Positions 62,705-64,000 of a DNA stretch of 64,000 nt are shown here, in pieces. The position numbers were made by a program, and so were the translations under genes. Within the stretch, counting starts at the first letter, position 1, and each line of letters begins with the position of its first letter. The stretch comes from Chrysomallon squamiferum (Eukaryota > Animalia > Mollusca). Location: assembly GCA_012295275.1 (NCBI GenBank), contig CM022678.1, positions 14,570,001-14,634,000 on the forward strand, in the 5' to 3' direction. The notes below the pieces were generated by a model. That model worked only from the letters and a program-made list of their open reading frames with translations, was not told the origin of the DNA and searched no databases.

Positions 62705-64000
62705 AGTTTGTGCTCAAGTCTACTGTAATGTTTTGTTTGTAAATACCTTTCAAACTGATATCAGCACATCAGAATGTTTGCACTTTTATGTACGAACATT
62801 GAAGTAAATGAAAATGGGGGAAAAGAAATAATGAAATTTCTTACATTTTTTTTTTTGGTTAACCAACTCTGGAACACATTTAAAAAAAAAAAAAAGGAAA
62901 AAAAAAAAAGAATGAGATACATCTTATTCACAAAACCTCCTCAAGAATAATAACGTACATTTCTTTCTGTCAGCCAATTTTGCAGCTTTCCTTGTGAGGT
63001 ATAGTTGTATAAATAAAATTTACAAATATTTCCTTCATAGATCTATTAATTTTAATTCCCGATGTATCATCAGTGCTTTATTTTGTTTGAATGTAAACCA
63101 GAGGGAACTTTATTATTTTAGGTTTTTTTTGCTGAAACCTGTTGCATGAAATAAAACATATTTCTTCCATAAAACTGAAAAACACAAAACCAATACAGTG
63201 TTACATTTTACAACTTCTAACAATCGACTTACTTACATCAACTTTATTTTTGAAATATTAATTTAGAAATGTAATGCAATTTGCTTCATTATTGTCAGTA
63301 TGGCTTTGTCCCTGATTACAATTAGTTTAGTTTTTTATTTGTTATGAACTGTAAACATGATTGTAAACATATTTTTGTGTTTTAAAACTGTGAAGTGTTG
63401 CAACAATCAGCCATTAACACAAAGGCACTAGTGACAAGCCACAACAATAAACACACATCCCAATTCTAGTCTAGTCTACAATACAACCTAATCCTAACAA
63501 CAAACCATAGCATGCTGAGCAAAACCAATAACATTTGACAAAGTTAGTTTTAATATATATTTCTTGACAAAAACCATTGTTCCAAAGGACAGCTATAGAA
63601 AATAATGACAATATTAACGTCTCAGCATGCCATGGTCATTTTAGGATGATGCAAAATGAATACCCCAAAGAAACCACAAACAGCAAGAATAAGTAAAAAT
63701 CATGAAATTTTCATGAATTTTCACCAAAAAATTGTAAGCTACAATTTGATTAATGCTCCTTTTAAAGGATTAAAAAAAAGAGAGAGGAAAAATCATTAAC
63801 AAATAAAACAAAAGTAGAAAAAATAGCAAAACATGTTCTACCTGGACTTTTCCAGAAACCAATGAAAAAAAATACATTGCCAGTTCCAACTTCACATCCA
63901 AATTGTTAATGGAATGATCATCTAAGTATTTAAATTTTTGTTTTCTTTATACCAAGATAAAACATAATAAATCTTCCATACCTAAATATACCAACAAACC

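Noticed and set aside
1-64000. tRNA/rRNA genes, operons or a novel multi-gene system
   Set aside because: No cloverleaf or rRNA-like sequence was recognised, and only one intact protein-coding gene is supportable

Overview
AT-rich eukaryotic (metazoan, probably lophotrochozoan/mollusc-like; taxon is inference) genomic window. It is dominated by one minus-strand gene: a p160/SRC nuclear receptor coactivator (NCOA1/2/3-taiman family; bHLH-PAS-A-PAS-B, several LxxLL boxes, Q-rich region, C-terminal LxxLL). By hand I reconstructed 23 GT-AG coding exons (ATG 53606 to TGA 4027; 5607 nt, 1868 aa) with consistent splice phases at every junction, including a ~26 kb first coding intron. A probable promoter/first non-coding exon lies near 56.3-56.7 kb. 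The introns hold many tandem repeats (a ~23-copy (CA)n-spacer compound array, a GTGAA-rich satellite abutting the bHLH exon, a 41-bp repeat that duplicates a splice donor), a hAT-like MITE and a structured SINE-like island. A degenerate FLYWCH/MULE fragment lies upstream of the gene. I found no prokaryotic features and cannot support a new multi-gene system. The best leads concern regulation of this coactivator: an eroded basic region/NLS, a NAGNAG site inside an LxxLL box, candidate poison exons right after PAS-B, and uORFs plus an alternative donor at the start exon.
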